Below, in pieces: positions 34,996-44,876 of a stretch of 64,000 nucleotides of DNA. The stretch is taken from IMG/VR virus record IMGVR_UViG_3300028392_000050, positions 23,294 to 87,293 of that record, one strand, 5' to 3'. A program made the translations under genes and the position numbers. Origin of the DNA: a virus. The notes under the pieces were generated by a model. That model did not search any database and was not told the DNA's origin. It worked only from the letters and a program-made list of their open reading frames with translations. How positions within the stretch are numbered: position 1 is the stretch's first letter; each line of letters opens with the position of its first letter.

Positions 34996-35122
34996 TTTAT
35001 ATTTAGCAACAAAAACGCTGTAGAAAGCGTAAAACTTAATATTGAAAACATAACGTGCGGCTATATGTGCTACGTGTCGAAAGACACATTCGGAAAACGC
35101 CCTAGAGAAATTAAGGATATAC

Positions 35123-35926
35123 ATGAGTACAACAGATTCACAACCAAATGCCGAAGCTTTTGAAGCTGAAGCAGGAGTAGTTCCAACAGTAGCAACGCCT
35201 GACGCTGATGCGTCAATTGCTACATCGGTATCTTCAACTGATGCGCCAGCTACAAACACCAAGTTCTATACGGACGAGGATTTGTCTAAGGTACGCACCC
35301 AGGAAAAAGATAAGCTTTACCCACAGATTGACGCACTAAAGTCTGAACTTGCAGAGATTAAACGTCAACGTGAAGAAGAACTTGCAGCAAAACGTGCGGA
35401 AGAAGACGCCAGAGCCGCTGAAGAGCGAGCAAAGGCAGAAGCTGATATGGACGTTCGTGACCTTCTAAAGCAGAAGGAAAACGAATGGCAGGAGCAATTG
35501 GAGCGTGAGCGTCAAGAACGCGAACGCGCATTTGCTGAGTTGGACCGTGAAAGGCAGTACTCAGAACTTACCAGTTACAGGCAGCAATTGCTTGAATCTG
35601 AGCGGGACAATATTATTCCCGAACTATTGGACCTTGTATCGGGTAACACCCCGGAAGAGGTTAGTGCGAGTATCGAAGGCTTGAAAGAGCGTTCCGCTCG
35701 TATCCTTGATTCGGCACAGGCAGCGATGCAGAATGCCCGCAAGGAAATGACGGGTAGTCGGGTAACCGCGCCACCCACCGGACCATTGGATATCAATTCG
35801 GAACAACGTACGCTTACGGCTCAAGAAATTGCAGCCATGCCGATGAACGAATATGCACAATATCGTCAGCGTCTATTGAGTGATAAAGCTCGTGGACGAG
35901 GACAGGGTTTGTTCGGGAACCCATAA
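35123..35926 (+). CDS. capsid scaffolding protein
   Basis: charged coiled coil directly before the capsid gene. Confidence 0.85.
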   Translation: MSTTDSQPNAEAFEAEAGVVPTVATPDADASIATSVSSTDAPATNTKFYTDEDLSKVRTQEKDKLYPQIDALKSELAEIKRQREEELAAKRAEEDARAAEERAKAEADMDVRDLLKQKENEWQEQLERERQERERAFAELDRERQYSELTSYRQQLLESERDNIIPELLDLVSGNTPEEVSASIEGLKERSARILDSAQAAMQNARKEMTGSRVTAPPTGPLDINSEQRTLTAQEIAAMPMNEYAQYRQRLLSDKARGRGQGLFGNP

Positions 35927-35963
35927 AACTAATAACGTCAATTTAATTTAGGAGCCCACACAA

Positions 35964-37052
35964 ATGGCATCAGGTATTACGGGAACCGGCAATCTAGCTG
36001 CCGCCCCAACCTCGTACTCAGGTACAAACACCCAGCTAACTCAGGCGATTCAGCAAATCTGGTCAAAGGAAATCCTTTTCCAGGCTATGCCAATCCTTCG
36101 CTTTGAGCAGTTCGCAGTTAAGAAGACAGAACTTGGTGTTGCACCGGGTCTTCAGATTAACTTCTTGCGTTACAACAACCTAGGCTTCGCTTCAGCGCTA
36201 GTCGAAGGTGTACGTATGCAGACCAACGCTCTGACTGCACAGCAGTTCTCAATCACCGTTTCAGAGCACGGATACGCACTTGCAGTTTCAGAGCTATTGC
36301 TAAACGCATCTTTCGATGACGTTATGGCTTCAGCTTCTCGTCTGCTAGGCCGTAACATGGCTCTTTACCTAGACAAGCTAAGCCGCGACACCCTATACGG
36401 TGCGACTTCTCAAATCTGGGGTGAAGACCGTACCAACCTAACCGCTATCACTAACGGAACTGGTAACTTCAACCAGTACGGATACGGTACAAATGGTACA
36501 AGCAACGCCTCAATGACTGGTAACTACTTCTTGAGCCCACGTACTGTTAAGGACGCGGTAGAGAACCTAGCGACTAAGAACATTCCAAGGCTTGGCGAGA
36601 CCTATGTTGCATTCGTTCACCCTCACCAGTCACGTCGTCTACGCGACACTGCTGAGTTCATCGAAGTAACTAAGTACGCTGCTCCAGGTAACTTCATGCT
36701 AGGTGAAATCGGTCGTCTATACGACACCGTATTCATCGAGACCACTCAGGTCCGTAAGGTTACTAACGGTGCAGGTACCGGTTGGTCTGCAGACACTGCA
36801 GTATCTAACCCAACCCCAGCTGCTGGTGGAGGCTACGTAAGCCCTGCTGAGTGGACTGGTAACGGTAACGCAGACCGCTACGACGCTATCTTCATCGGAG
36901 ATAACGCATTCGGTCACGCTATTTCACTTCCAGTTGAGCTACGTGATGGTGGTATTCTAGACTTCGGTCGTGAACACGCACTAGCATGGTACTCAATCTT
37001 TGGTCTAGGTCTAATCACTGACCAGGCTGTGATTGTAGCTTCAACCAACTAA
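35964..37052 (+). CDS. major capsid protein (N4-gp56/Bxz1-like)
   Basis: YVAFVHPHQ..LRD, GEIGRL and DFGRE.ALAWY motifs. Confidence 0.92.
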   Translation: MASGITGTGNLAAAPTSYSGTNTQLTQAIQQIWSKEILFQAMPILRFEQFAVKKTELGVAPGLQINFLRYNNLGFASALVEGVRMQTNALTAQQFSITVSEHGYALAVSELLLNASFDDVMASASRLLGRNMALYLDKLSRDTLYGATSQIWGEDRTNLTAITNGTGNFNQYGYGTNGTSNASMTGNYFLSPRTVKDAVENLATKNIPRLGETYVAFVHPHQSRRLRDTAEFIEVTKYAAPGNFMLGEIGRLYDTVFIETTQVRKVTNGAGTGWSADTAVSNPTPAAGGGYVSPAEWTGNGNADRYDAIFIGDNAFGHAISLPVELRDGGILDFGREHALAWYSIFGLGLITDQAVIVASTN

Positions 37053-37060
37053 TTGTGTTA

Positions 37061-37086
37061 GGGGGGTCAGAAATGGCCCCCCTTTT
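37061..37086 (+). terminator. intrinsic terminator after the capsid gene
   Basis: GGGGGGTCA-GAAA-TGGCCCCCC-TTTT. Confidence 0.85.
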
Positions 37087-37128
37087 ACAACCCCTGCAAT
37101 ACCGAGATACTAATTAGGAGAATACCCC

Positions 37129-37497
37129 GTGGCAACACAAAAGAAACCAAGCGACTTTACAGGTCGCCAACGAGATGCCCTCGTCGCACAGCAGTTAGAT
37201 GACCAGGCAGCACGCACAAGCGAGCTTGCAATGGCTACTGCTGAAGCTGCTATTAAAGCAGAAACAGAAGTAATCGACGCTACAGAGCCAAATCGTGCTC
37301 AGCCAATCGTAGTTGATGAAGTTGTTAAGAGCAAAGAACAGAACGCCACAGTAACTATCCGCGTGTCGGATACTATTGAGGGTATGACTTTCGGTGCTGG
37401 CAACTACTACAGCTTCAAGGCTGGTCAGAAGTACGAAGTTACTCCAGAAGTAGCTGCTCACCTTGAGCTAAAAGGTTATGTATCACAGAGATTCTAA
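37129..37497 (+). CDS. head-associated hypothetical protein
   Basis: AGGAG RBS; position. Confidence 0.75.
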   Translation: MATQKKPSDFTGRQRDALVAQQLDDQAARTSELAMATAEAAIKAETEVIDATEPNRAQPIVVDEVVKSKEQNATVTIRVSDTIEGMTFGAGNYYSFKAGQKYEVTPEVAAHLELKGYVSQRF

Positions 37498-37512
37498 ACT
37501 TCTCTTTAGACG

Positions 37513-37544
37513 GGGCAGCGGGCTTAGTGCCCGCTGTTTCGTTT
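37513..37544 (+). terminator. intrinsic terminator
   Basis: CAGCGGGC-TTAGT-GCCCGCTG then TTTCGTTT. Confidence 0.7.
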
Positions 37545-37609
37545 ATCCAGACTTTTTGCACGTTATAAGTCATCATATAAATGACGGATTTTTCTTAGGT
37601 TAGGTTAAT

Positions 37610-38668
37610 ATGGCGACTGTTTCAGACCTTGTATCTAAGGTCCGTGTTGAGCTAAACGACCAAGCTCGTCAGTTCACCAAAGTTTTTATTGGTGATGGAG
37701 TTACTAAAGACTTTACTACTGGCTATAAGCCACTAGATACAACCACTTTGATGGTTAAAGACAACAACACCGCCCTGGCTAATCCAACTACTTATACAGT
37801 TGAGCCTATTTATGGCGTTATCCACACAGCCACTGCCCCAGCAGTTGGGCACACCCTGACTATTACCGGTAACGTATACAGATACTTTACTGATGACCAA
37901 TTAACTTACTACGTTAACACCGCAGTCTTACAGCACACAAATAACCGCACAGACGGCTATAACAGGGCTATAACTATTGACACCCTACCTGAGATTGAAT
38001 CTTATCCAGTAGTCCTCCTAGCGTCCATAGAAGCCCTCTGGGCCCTAGCTACGGATGCAGCATTCGATATTGATATTCAAGCCCCTGACGGTGTCAGCAT
38101 TCCTCGTTCTGAGCGCTTCCGTCAGCTTAGTGCAATCATTGAATCTCGCAAGGAACAGTACCGCAATCTATGTTCTGCTCTTAACATTGGTGTTTGGCGC
38201 ATTGAGATGGGAACTCTACGCAGAGTGAGCCGCACTACTAATAAGCTTGTTCCAATCTACGTTGCTCAAGAGATTGATGACTCTACTAGCCCAGAGCGCG
38301 TTTACATGCAAAACGACCTTAATGGCCGCTCAGTTATACCTAGCACAGTGCCTATCTACGATATGGTAATGCAGCAGGGTGACACTTTCTCAGTTATTCT
38401 TGATTTCCCTGACACTATGAACTTTAGCACTAATACGTTTAAGGCCCAGATTAGAACCTACCCTGGCTCACCTACACTATGGGCTACATTTACCATTGCC
38501 GTTTATGACGCTAACCTTAAGAAGCTAAAGCTAAGCCTTGATGGACCTACTACCGCTATTCTGCCAGTTCGTTGCTTCTGGGATATTCAGGCTACCTCAT
38601 CTGTTGATAACAGCGTTACTACCTATCTTCGCGGACAGGTATTTACTTACCCACAGGTGACCCAGTAA
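37610..38668 (+). CDS. head-to-tail adaptor/neck protein
   Basis: VR.EL.D N-terminus; FTD.QL..Y; position. Confidence 0.7.
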   Translation: MATVSDLVSKVRVELNDQARQFTKVFIGDGVTKDFTTGYKPLDTTTLMVKDNNTALANPTTYTVEPIYGVIHTATAPAVGHTLTITGNVYRYFTDDQLTYYVNTAVLQHTNNRTDGYNRAITIDTLPEIESYPVVLLASIEALWALATDAAFDIDIQAPDGVSIPRSERFRQLSAIIESRKEQYRNLCSALNIGVWRIEMGTLRRVSRTTNKLVPIYVAQEIDDSTSPERVYMQNDLNGRSVIPSTVPIYDMVMQQGDTFSVILDFPDTMNFSTNTFKAQIRTYPGSPTLWATFTIAVYDANLKKLKLSLDGPTTAILPVRCFWDIQATSSVDNSVTTYLRGQVFTYPQVTQ

Positions 38669-39027
38669 TGACTGATACAATTATTGTTACCCCCTCACCA
38701 GTCGTAGAAGTTACCGTAACTCCTTCAGTCACTACATCTACTAATCCAGGCACTGTTAGCGTTTTTACAGGAACTCCGGGACCTACTGGACCAGTTGGAC
38801 CAACTGGACCTACAGGGCCACAAGGAACTTCTGGCGGTTCTCTAACTTTTACACAAAACTCAGTTACTACTACATGGACTATAACTCACGCTCTTGGGTA
38901 TTACCCAGCAGTTACAACAACTGATTCATCAGGAACAGTAATTGAAGGAACAATCTCTTATCCATCCATCACTTCGGTAGTAGTAACTTTTGGAATTGCT
39001 ACCAGCGGCTTTGCTTATCTATCTTAG
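38668..39027 (+). CDS. collagen-repeat fibre-associated protein
   Basis: GPT/GPV/GPQ repeats; W.I.H.LG.YP.V. Confidence 0.75.
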   Translation: MTDTIIVTPSPVVEVTVTPSVTTSTNPGTVSVFTGTPGPTGPVGPTGPTGPQGTSGGSLTFTQNSVTTTWTITHALGYYPAVTTTDSSGTVIEGTISYPSITSVVVTFGIATSGFAYLS

Positions 39028-39035
39028 GAAAATAA

Positions 39036-40802
39036 ATGGCTAGATTATTTTTAACCCCAATTGACTTAAACGGTCTTGAACTACGAGGTGCTGTAATTGG
39101 CAACCTTCCAACTGCTTCTATCGACGCTATTACTTCTGGTGCTGGTCGTATTCAATATGACTCTTCACTAAATGTGCTAAAGTATCGTGACAATGCTGGT
39201 TGGAAAACAATTAGCACTTCTGCTGGAACCGTAACTTCCGTAGCCGGCACCTCCGGAAGAATTACTGCTTCTGGTACTACTTCGGTAACCCTAGATTTAG
39301 CGGCTAATTATGGTGATAATCTAAACCCATATGCTTCAAAAAGCGCTAATACTATCCTTGCTGCTCCTAACGGCTCTACTGGTGTTCCAACATTTCGTGC
39401 TCTTGCTGCTGCTGATATTCCTAGCACTCTAAATGCAACTATTTTTAGTGGCGCTGTTGCTATGGGTACCTACAGAATTACTGGCGTTGGTGACCCGTCA
39501 GCTGCTCAAGACGCTGCTACTAAGGCATATGTAGATACTATTGCTACTGGCATTAATGCTCACGAAGCCGTGTCTTATGCTTCAACCGCTGAAATTACAG
39601 GAACTTACTCAAACGGTGTTTCTGGTGTAGGAGCAACTCTTACTGGAACTGGCTCACTGGTAATTGACGGTTACACTGTTGTTTCTGGTGATGCAGGTAC
39701 CAACGTTCAAGGCGGAACTGGACTTAGAGTTCTACTAAAAAACCAGACTACAAACACTGACCAAAACGGTATTTATACTGTAACTGCCTGTGTTTCTACA
39801 ACTAGCTGGACTCTTACTCGTGCATATGATTATGACGCTCTTGGTGAAGTGGCTGCTGGTGACTTTACCTATGTACTTCTTGGAAGCGCAAACGCTAAAT
39901 TTACTTTTGTTCAAACTAGCAAACCTGCCGCTATTAGCGGTGTTGGTACTACAGCAAACGCTATTACTTTTGGTGTCTTTGCTAACGGTAATATTAGCGG
40001 TACTGTAGCAGTTAACCAAGGTGGTACAGGGCAGACTACATTTACCTCTAACGGTGTTCTTTTGGGTAACGCTGGTAGTGCGCTTAACGTGACTGCTGCC
40101 GGAACTGCAGACCAGGTATTGCGTATTCCAGGTGCTGGAGGTGCGCCTGCGTTTGGTGCCATTGACCTAAGCAAGTCTGCCGCTGTAACTGGTTTGCTAT
40201 CCCCTACAAATGGCGGAACTGGTGTAAACAACGGTTCTAAAACTATTACCCTTAGCGGTAGCGCGACTATTGGTTCTAACACAGATACTGTTCAATTCAC
40301 TACTGCAGGTAACACTAACGTAACTTTGCCTACTACTGGTACTTTGCTTACCGCAGCAGGCGCTGTTACTTCTGTAAACGGCTCTGTAGGAGCAGTAAGT
40401 AACATAGCAGTAACTAACGCTGCTAACACCTTTACTGGAACTCAAACTGTTCAAGCCGCTGCTACACAGGATTCTGTAAAGGTTGCTGGACGTGCGGGCG
40501 GTACCTCAAGCTATGCAGTTACTTTGACTCCAGCAACACTAAACGGTAGCGTCACGCTCACCCTACCTAGCTCACAAGCTGCTCAGGGGTTCACCTTAGC
40601 GCGTACTTTGACCGGAACTGTTACAGTAGCCTCGGGTACTGGTACAATTACACATAATATGAATAACCAATATGTTCTTGTTCAGATTTTTGATAACAGT
40701 ACTAACGCTCTTGTAGATATGGACGTCACATTAGCTACCGCAAATACAGTTACCGTTGCAGCTACCACAGATGCAACATACCGTTACGTAATTATTGGAT
40801 AA
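39036..40802 (+). CDS. tail/neck fibre protein
   Basis: DP..AQDAATKAYVD; RVLLKNQT...NGIY; GGTG repeats. Confidence 0.8.
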   Translation: MARLFLTPIDLNGLELRGAVIGNLPTASIDAITSGAGRIQYDSSLNVLKYRDNAGWKTISTSAGTVTSVAGTSGRITASGTTSVTLDLAANYGDNLNPYASKSANTILAAPNGSTGVPTFRALAAADIPSTLNATIFSGAVAMGTYRITGVGDPSAAQDAATKAYVDTIATGINAHEAVSYASTAEITGTYSNGVSGVGATLTGTGSLVIDGYTVVSGDAGTNVQGGTGLRVLLKNQTTNTDQNGIYTVTACVSTTSWTLTRAYDYDALGEVAAGDFTYVLLGSANAKFTFVQTSKPAAISGVGTTANAITFGVFANGNISGTVAVNQGGTGQTTFTSNGVLLGNAGSALNVTAAGTADQVLRIPGAGGAPAFGAIDLSKSAAVTGLLSPTNGGTGVNNGSKTITLSGSATIGSNTDTVQFTTAGNTNVTLPTTGTLLTAAGAVTSVNGSVGAVSNIAVTNAANTFTGTQTVQAAATQDSVKVAGRAGGTSSYAVTLTPATLNGSVTLTLPSSQAAQGFTLARTLTGTVTVASGTGTITHNMNNQYVLVQIFDNSTNALVDMDVTLATANTVTVAATTDATYRYVIIG

Positions 40803-40805
40803 TAA

Positions 40806-41447
40806 ATGACTAAAAACATATATACTGATTTAAACGCTACTGGTCGTACAATAACTGCTGGTGGATTAAGCCTTCCTAGTACAACTTCAACCATTACTTT
40901 AAACTCTTCAGTTGGAGCATCGGGTCAAGTTCTTACTTCTGCTGGTTCTGGTTCTACCCCTACTTGGACTAACGTTGGATACACGGCTCTTGTAGGAACC
41001 CCGTATGCCATTGTTGGAACACAACCATCATTCACAAGCATACCCGCAACCTACAAAAAACTTGTTGTTCAAATAAAGTTTGATAACATAGGAAGTCTTT
41101 CTGGAACTTTTTATATGAGCGTAAATTCTAACTCCTCTGTTTCTTACACAACATACACTACTGGCTCATCTAGTGCATCAGTTTCTACAAGCAATACTTC
41201 TGGAATTCCTTTAACTACAACGTCAGCTTCACCAACAACAACTAATATATATACAGTTGAAATACCAAACTATACTTCACCAAACCCAACCATGTGGCTT
41301 TCTGGTGGAGTTGGAGGTACAACAAATGCGTCAAGATTTGGAGCAGCAAGCACTACATCAGCGATAACTCAAATATCTTTTCAAGCAGCAACTTCCAACA
41401 GTTGGACAGGTGCGACAGGAACTATTTGGATTTACGGAGTAAACTAA
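40806..41447 (+). CDS. fibre tip/minor structural protein
   Basis: G.SGQVLTS.G; FTSIP.TYK.L; C-terminal IYGV. Confidence 0.7.
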   Translation: MTKNIYTDLNATGRTITAGGLSLPSTTSTITLNSSVGASGQVLTSAGSGSTPTWTNVGYTALVGTPYAIVGTQPSFTSIPATYKKLVVQIKFDNIGSLSGTFYMSVNSNSSVSYTTYTTGSSSASVSTSNTSGIPLTTTSASPTTTNIYTVEIPNYTSPNPTMWLSGGVGGTTNASRFGAASTTSAITQISFQAATSNSWTGATGTIWIYGVN

Positions 41448-41638
41448 TGAACAGAATAACTGAAGTAAATTGTGAAACTGGAGAAGTAACCGAAAGAGAT
41501 GAAACTCCAGAAGAAATTGCGGCAAGAGAGCAAGCCGCTCAACAAGAAGCAGAAGCATTAGCCACTAGACAATCTGCTTTAGCAAAACTTCAAGCCCTAG
41601 GACTAACAGAAGAAGAAGTTAAGGCTCTACTGGGCTAA
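41447..41638 (+). CDS. small fibre-assembly-like protein
   Basis: EVNCETGEV.ER...SALAKL.ALGLTEEE; TAATG overlap. Confidence 0.7.
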   Translation: MNRITEVNCETGEVTERDETPEEIAAREQAAQQEAEALATRQSALAKLQALGLTEEEVKALLG

Positions 41639-41659
41639 ATAAACATTTAGAATAGGATT

Positions 41660-42190
41660 ATGCGTTCATATACTCCAGGCGGTCGGTTTGACGCTGACTT
41701 TGAATCAGATGCCATCAGCGATGGTATAACCGCCGACCGCACCAACCCTGTGGGTGTTTTGGCTCAATGGTGGACATTTAACTCTAGTTATGTAAATGAC
41801 CCTATTTATGACGTTGAGCCAATTGGTGTAGGCCGCGTTTGGGATGGGCCTAAGATGGTTCCTGTTGTAGCCGTATCTATCGGTGAAGGTGCTTCGGTAC
41901 TTAATGAGCGCGGTTTCTACAACGTAGACACCCTACATTTGACCTTTAATATTGATGACGCTTTTGCTGTTGCGCCTGAAATTTTTGATGATAGAGGTTT
42001 GGTTAAGTCAAGTATTGACCTAGTGGATAAGTATAGAATTGTATTTAAGAACGAAGTTTACAGGCCAAATAAGACCCAGCCTGCTGGATTAGTAGCTAAC
42101 CGCCACACCATGATTGTCATGGACTGCACACAGCTGGCACCAGATGAGCTTGTAAACGACGTTCAATTCCTTGCCTACGCACAACCATAG
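41660..42190 (+). CDS. head closure/stopper-like protein
   Basis: position and size. Confidence 0.6.
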   Translation: MRSYTPGGRFDADFESDAISDGITADRTNPVGVLAQWWTFNSSYVNDPIYDVEPIGVGRVWDGPKMVPVVAVSIGEGASVLNERGFYNVDTLHLTFNIDDAFAVAPEIFDDRGLVKSSIDLVDKYRIVFKNEVYRPNKTQPAGLVANRHTMIVMDCTQLAPDELVNDVQFLAYAQP

Positions 42191-42199
42191 GAGATATAA

Positions 42200-42517
42200 A
42201 TGCCAGATATTGGCTCAAAAGTAACACACGTAATCCAGAACCAAACTAAAGACGGTGACTGGAAGAACATGACTAAGCATGAAGGTCTTGCTGAGGCTAA
42301 GGCTCACATGGAAAACTACATCCCAAAGAAAAAGCAAGACAGTTACCGTATTAGAACTATTGGTCAAGCTGGCCTTACTAGAGATGTAGACAAAGCACCT
42401 GCTGCTAAGAAGGCTGCACCAGTCGCAAAGAAGGCTGCTCCAGTAAAGAAGGCTGCTCCTGCACCTAAGAAGGCTGCCCCAGTTGCTAAGAAAGCTGCTC
42501 CTAAGAAGGCTAAGTAA
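42200..42517 (+). CDS. protein with histone H1-like KKAAP repeat tail
   Basis: five KKAAP repeats. Confidence 0.8.
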   Translation: MPDIGSKVTHVIQNQTKDGDWKNMTKHEGLAEAKAHMENYIPKKKQDSYRIRTIGQAGLTRDVDKAPAAKKAAPVAKKAAPVKKAAPAPKKAAPVAKKAAPKKAK

Positions 42518-42648
42518 TGCCTTTTAAATCTAAGCAACAAGAAAAATGGATGTTTGCTACTAAGCCAGAGATGGCTAAGCAGTGGGCAAAAGAAACCCCT
42601 AACCAAAAAACACTACCTAAAAAAGTAAAGAAGAAAAAGAAAAAATGA
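42517..42648 (+). CDS. 43-aa basic protein (not in ORF track)
   Basis: MPFKSKQQEKWMFA.KPEMAK.W...poly-K. Confidence 0.75.
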   Translation: MPFKSKQQEKWMFATKPEMAKQWAKETPNQKTLPKKVKKKKKK

Positions 42649-42791
42649 CTATCGACCTACCTTATTACACCGGCTTAATTTTGGCTTTTGGTGCTGTTAT
42701 TATCCCTGTTGTAGCTATTTTGGCTACCGCATGGTTGAATCTGTGTCGCAAGGGTTCTGATTGCTCTTGCTCTAACGAATCTGAGTGGTAA
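42645..42791 (+). CDS. 48-aa membrane peptide (not in ORF track)
   Basis: hydrophobic helix with Cys-rich tail; ATGA overlap. Confidence 0.6.
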   Translation: MTIDLPYYTGLILAFGAVIIPVVAILATAWLNLCRKGSDCSCSNESEW

Positions 42792-42793
42792 AC

Positions 42794-42970
42794 ATGGCTA
42801 AAGAAAAGAAAGTCTGGGACACCCCAGACCCTACTAAAAAAGACAAAAAGCTGTCATCGGCTAAGAAGTCTGCTGCTAAGGCTCGCGCTAAGGCTGCTGG
42901 TAGACCTTACCCTAACCTAGTAGACAACATGGCTGCTGCTAAAAAGAAAAAGAAGAAGAAAAATGGCTAA
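42794..42970 (+). CDS. basic protein (GRPYPNLVDNM motif)
   Basis: K/A-rich. Confidence 0.75.
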   Translation: MAKEKKVWDTPDPTKKDKKLSSAKKSAAKARAKAAGRPYPNLVDNMAAAKKKKKKKNG

Positions 42971-43274
42971 AACACCTGCTTGGGAGCGTAAAGAAGGTAA
43001 AAATCCTAATGGCGGCTTAAACGCCAAGGGCCGTGCTTCGGCTAAGGCTCAGGGTCACGACCTTAAGGCCCCTGTTAAATCTGGCGATAACCCTCGCCGT
43101 GCATCTTTCCTAGCGCGTATGGCTGGTAACCCAGGACCTGAGCGTAAGCCAAACGGTGAGCCTACACGTCTGCTATTATCATTACAGGCATGGGGAGCAT
43201 CCTCAAAGGCTGATGCAAAGAAAAAAGCAGCCGCTATGTCAAAGCGTCTTGAATCTAAAAAAGGAAAAAAGTAA
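42963..43274 (+). CDS. DUF6321-like basic protein
   Basis: AW.RKEGKNP.GGLN.KGRAS...RR.SF.ARM. Confidence 0.75.
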   Translation: MAKTPAWERKEGKNPNGGLNAKGRASAKAQGHDLKAPVKSGDNPRRASFLARMAGNPGPERKPNGEPTRLLLSLQAWGASSKADAKKKAAAMSKRLESKKGKK

Positions 43275-43592
43275 ATGGCCTTATCTCAAACTTTAAACAC
43301 TGTCGGTGGAACCGCAGTAAAGCTTAGCCCTACTGTAGATGGTACTTGGGTTGCTGCTACTCTAATTGTGCAAAACAACAGCACTGCTGACACTATTTAT
43401 TTAGGTACTTCTGCAGTAACTAGCAGCGCTTATGGCTATGTTTTGCCTCCAGGCACTACTAACGTAAAAAACTCAGTTACTATCAGCCTTAATACTTCTG
43501 ATGTACTTTACGCTGTATCTAGCTCAACTTCTACCCCAGTACCTGTTATAACCTTAAAAAACACATTTACTGCGCAGGTTCCTGCTAGCTAA
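43275..43592 (+). CDS. small beta-rich structural protein
   Basis: IVQNN...IYLG...V....GY.L. Confidence 0.7.
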   Translation: MALSQTLNTVGGTAVKLSPTVDGTWVAATLIVQNNSTADTIYLGTSAVTSSAYGYVLPPGTTNVKNSVTISLNTSDVLYAVSSSTSTPVPVITLKNTFTAQVPAS

Positions 43593-43594
43593 AA

Positions 43595-43777
43595 GTGAAA
43601 CCTAAAAAGCCACAAGCCCTAAATAAAGCCGCTAAAGTGATGCGTAATATAGCATCGGCTGAATTAAATAAGAATATGGGCAAGTTTAAAACCGGACCTA
43701 ATGCCAATCCTGCCACTAAACGAAGTAAGACAAGATCGGCGGCTAAAGCTAAAGCCGTTGAAGATTTTAAGGAGTAA
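43595..43777 (+). CDS. basic hypothetical protein
   Basis: packing. Confidence 0.55.
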   Translation: MKPKKPQALNKAAKVMRNIASAELNKNMGKFKTGPNANPATKRSKTRSAAKAKAVEDFKE

Positions 43778-43834
43778 AAGCAATAATGCCTGAATGTAAG
43801 TGCGATAATTGTAAATGTCGAAAGGACCAGCCTA

Positions 43835-44029
43835 ATGGCTAAGAAAACAGCAAAAAAACCTCCTCTAGGTCAGGGTGGCCGCTTTAAGGCCATTGAAAAA
43901 AAGGCTGAGAAGTCTGGTGCAAGTAATCCCGCTGCGGTCGCCGCTGCTGCCGGTATCAAAAAGTACGGCGAAAAGAAAATGGTAAAGCTTGAGCAAAAAG
44001 GCAAGCGCGACGCTAAGAAAGGCAAATAA
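43835..44029 (+). CDS. basic protein (LG.GGRF motif)
   Basis: K-rich; AAGGA RBS. Confidence 0.75.
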   Translation: MAKKTAKKPPLGQGGRFKAIEKKAEKSGASNPAAVAAAAGIKKYGEKKMVKLEQKGKRDAKKGK

Positions 44030-44031
44030 CC

Positions 44032-44295
44032 ATGGCTAAGAAGATGGAAAAGTGCGGCAAGTGTGCCGGATGTAAAAAGGGCACTATGTGCACTAAGGAG
44101 TGGACCAATTCTAAGGCAGATAAAATTGCCGATAAGAAGATGGAAAAGGGTATGACCTCTGCTCAGAAGAAGGCCTTTGAAAAGGGCGACAAGAAGATGG
44201 ATGCTAAGAAGCCATCTAAGGCTGCTGACATGAAGATGGACAAGGCTCTAGCCGCTAAGGTTAAGAAGACTGTCCCAGCTAAGAAAAAGAAGTAA
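44032..44295 (+). CDS. Lys-rich protein with CxxCxxC
   Basis: composition. Confidence 0.75.
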   Translation: MAKKMEKCGKCAGCKKGTMCTKEWTNSKADKIADKKMEKGMTSAQKKAFEKGDKKMDAKKPSKAADMKMDKALAAKVKKTVPAKKKK

Positions 44296-44307
44296 ATAAA
44301 AAAGTTT

Positions 44308-44335
44308 AGCCCCCCGCAAGGGGGGTTTTCTTTTA
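44308..44335 (+). terminator. intrinsic terminator
   Basis: AGCCCCCC-GCAA-GGGGGGTT followed by T-rich tail. Confidence 0.8.
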
Positions 44336-44406
44336 TCCTAGAAGTAGCCCTATGCTGGGGCTGATGTAAATTTGCGCTGTATATTGCTACTCCAATGGAG
44401 ACTATG

Positions 44407-44553
44407 ATGTCAGGTATTGACAAGGACCCTAAGTCCAAGGTATCTAAGCCTTCGGACAAGAAGTTTTTTCTAGGTTTTACAGACGCATACCCAATTCATA
44501 CTGTCCCAATGTTTATAGCAATATTAAGTAACGCGGTGCGGCGCAAAAAATGA
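44407..44553 (+). CDS. 48-aa hypothetical protein (not in ORF track)
   Basis: GGAG RBS; ATGA overlap with next gene. Confidence 0.5.
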   Translation: MSGIDKDPKSKVSKPSDKKFFLGFTDAYPIHTVPMFIAILSNAVRRKK

Positions 44554-44876
44554 ATATAGAATTTAAAGCTTCCGCAGCTAAATCATTAAAAAATGTTAGC
44601 TCTGAGTTAACCGTGCTTCTAAAAGAGGACGCTGTTCGCGCTAACTGGCCTACCTACATAGTTAATAAGCTAAAAGTAGCAATTCAAGATTTAAATATAG
44701 TCATCTATTACCCTATAAAGTTTGCCGATGAGGTTGAAAACCTGGAATATGGCACACAAAGTGACTCTCCTCAATCTATATTTAGGATGTTTATCACTAA
44801 ACACGGTGACGCTATCTCTGAAAATATGGCTGAATGGTCTGTTGACTACTTAGTAGGGCAGGACTTAATACCATGA
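44550..44876 (+). CDS. neck/tail completion-like protein
   Basis: LEYGT motif; position. Confidence 0.6.
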   Translation: MNIEFKASAAKSLKNVSSELTVLLKEDAVRANWPTYIVNKLKVAIQDLNIVIYYPIKFADEVENLEYGTQSDSPQSIFRMFITKHGDAISENMAEWSVDYLVGQDLIP

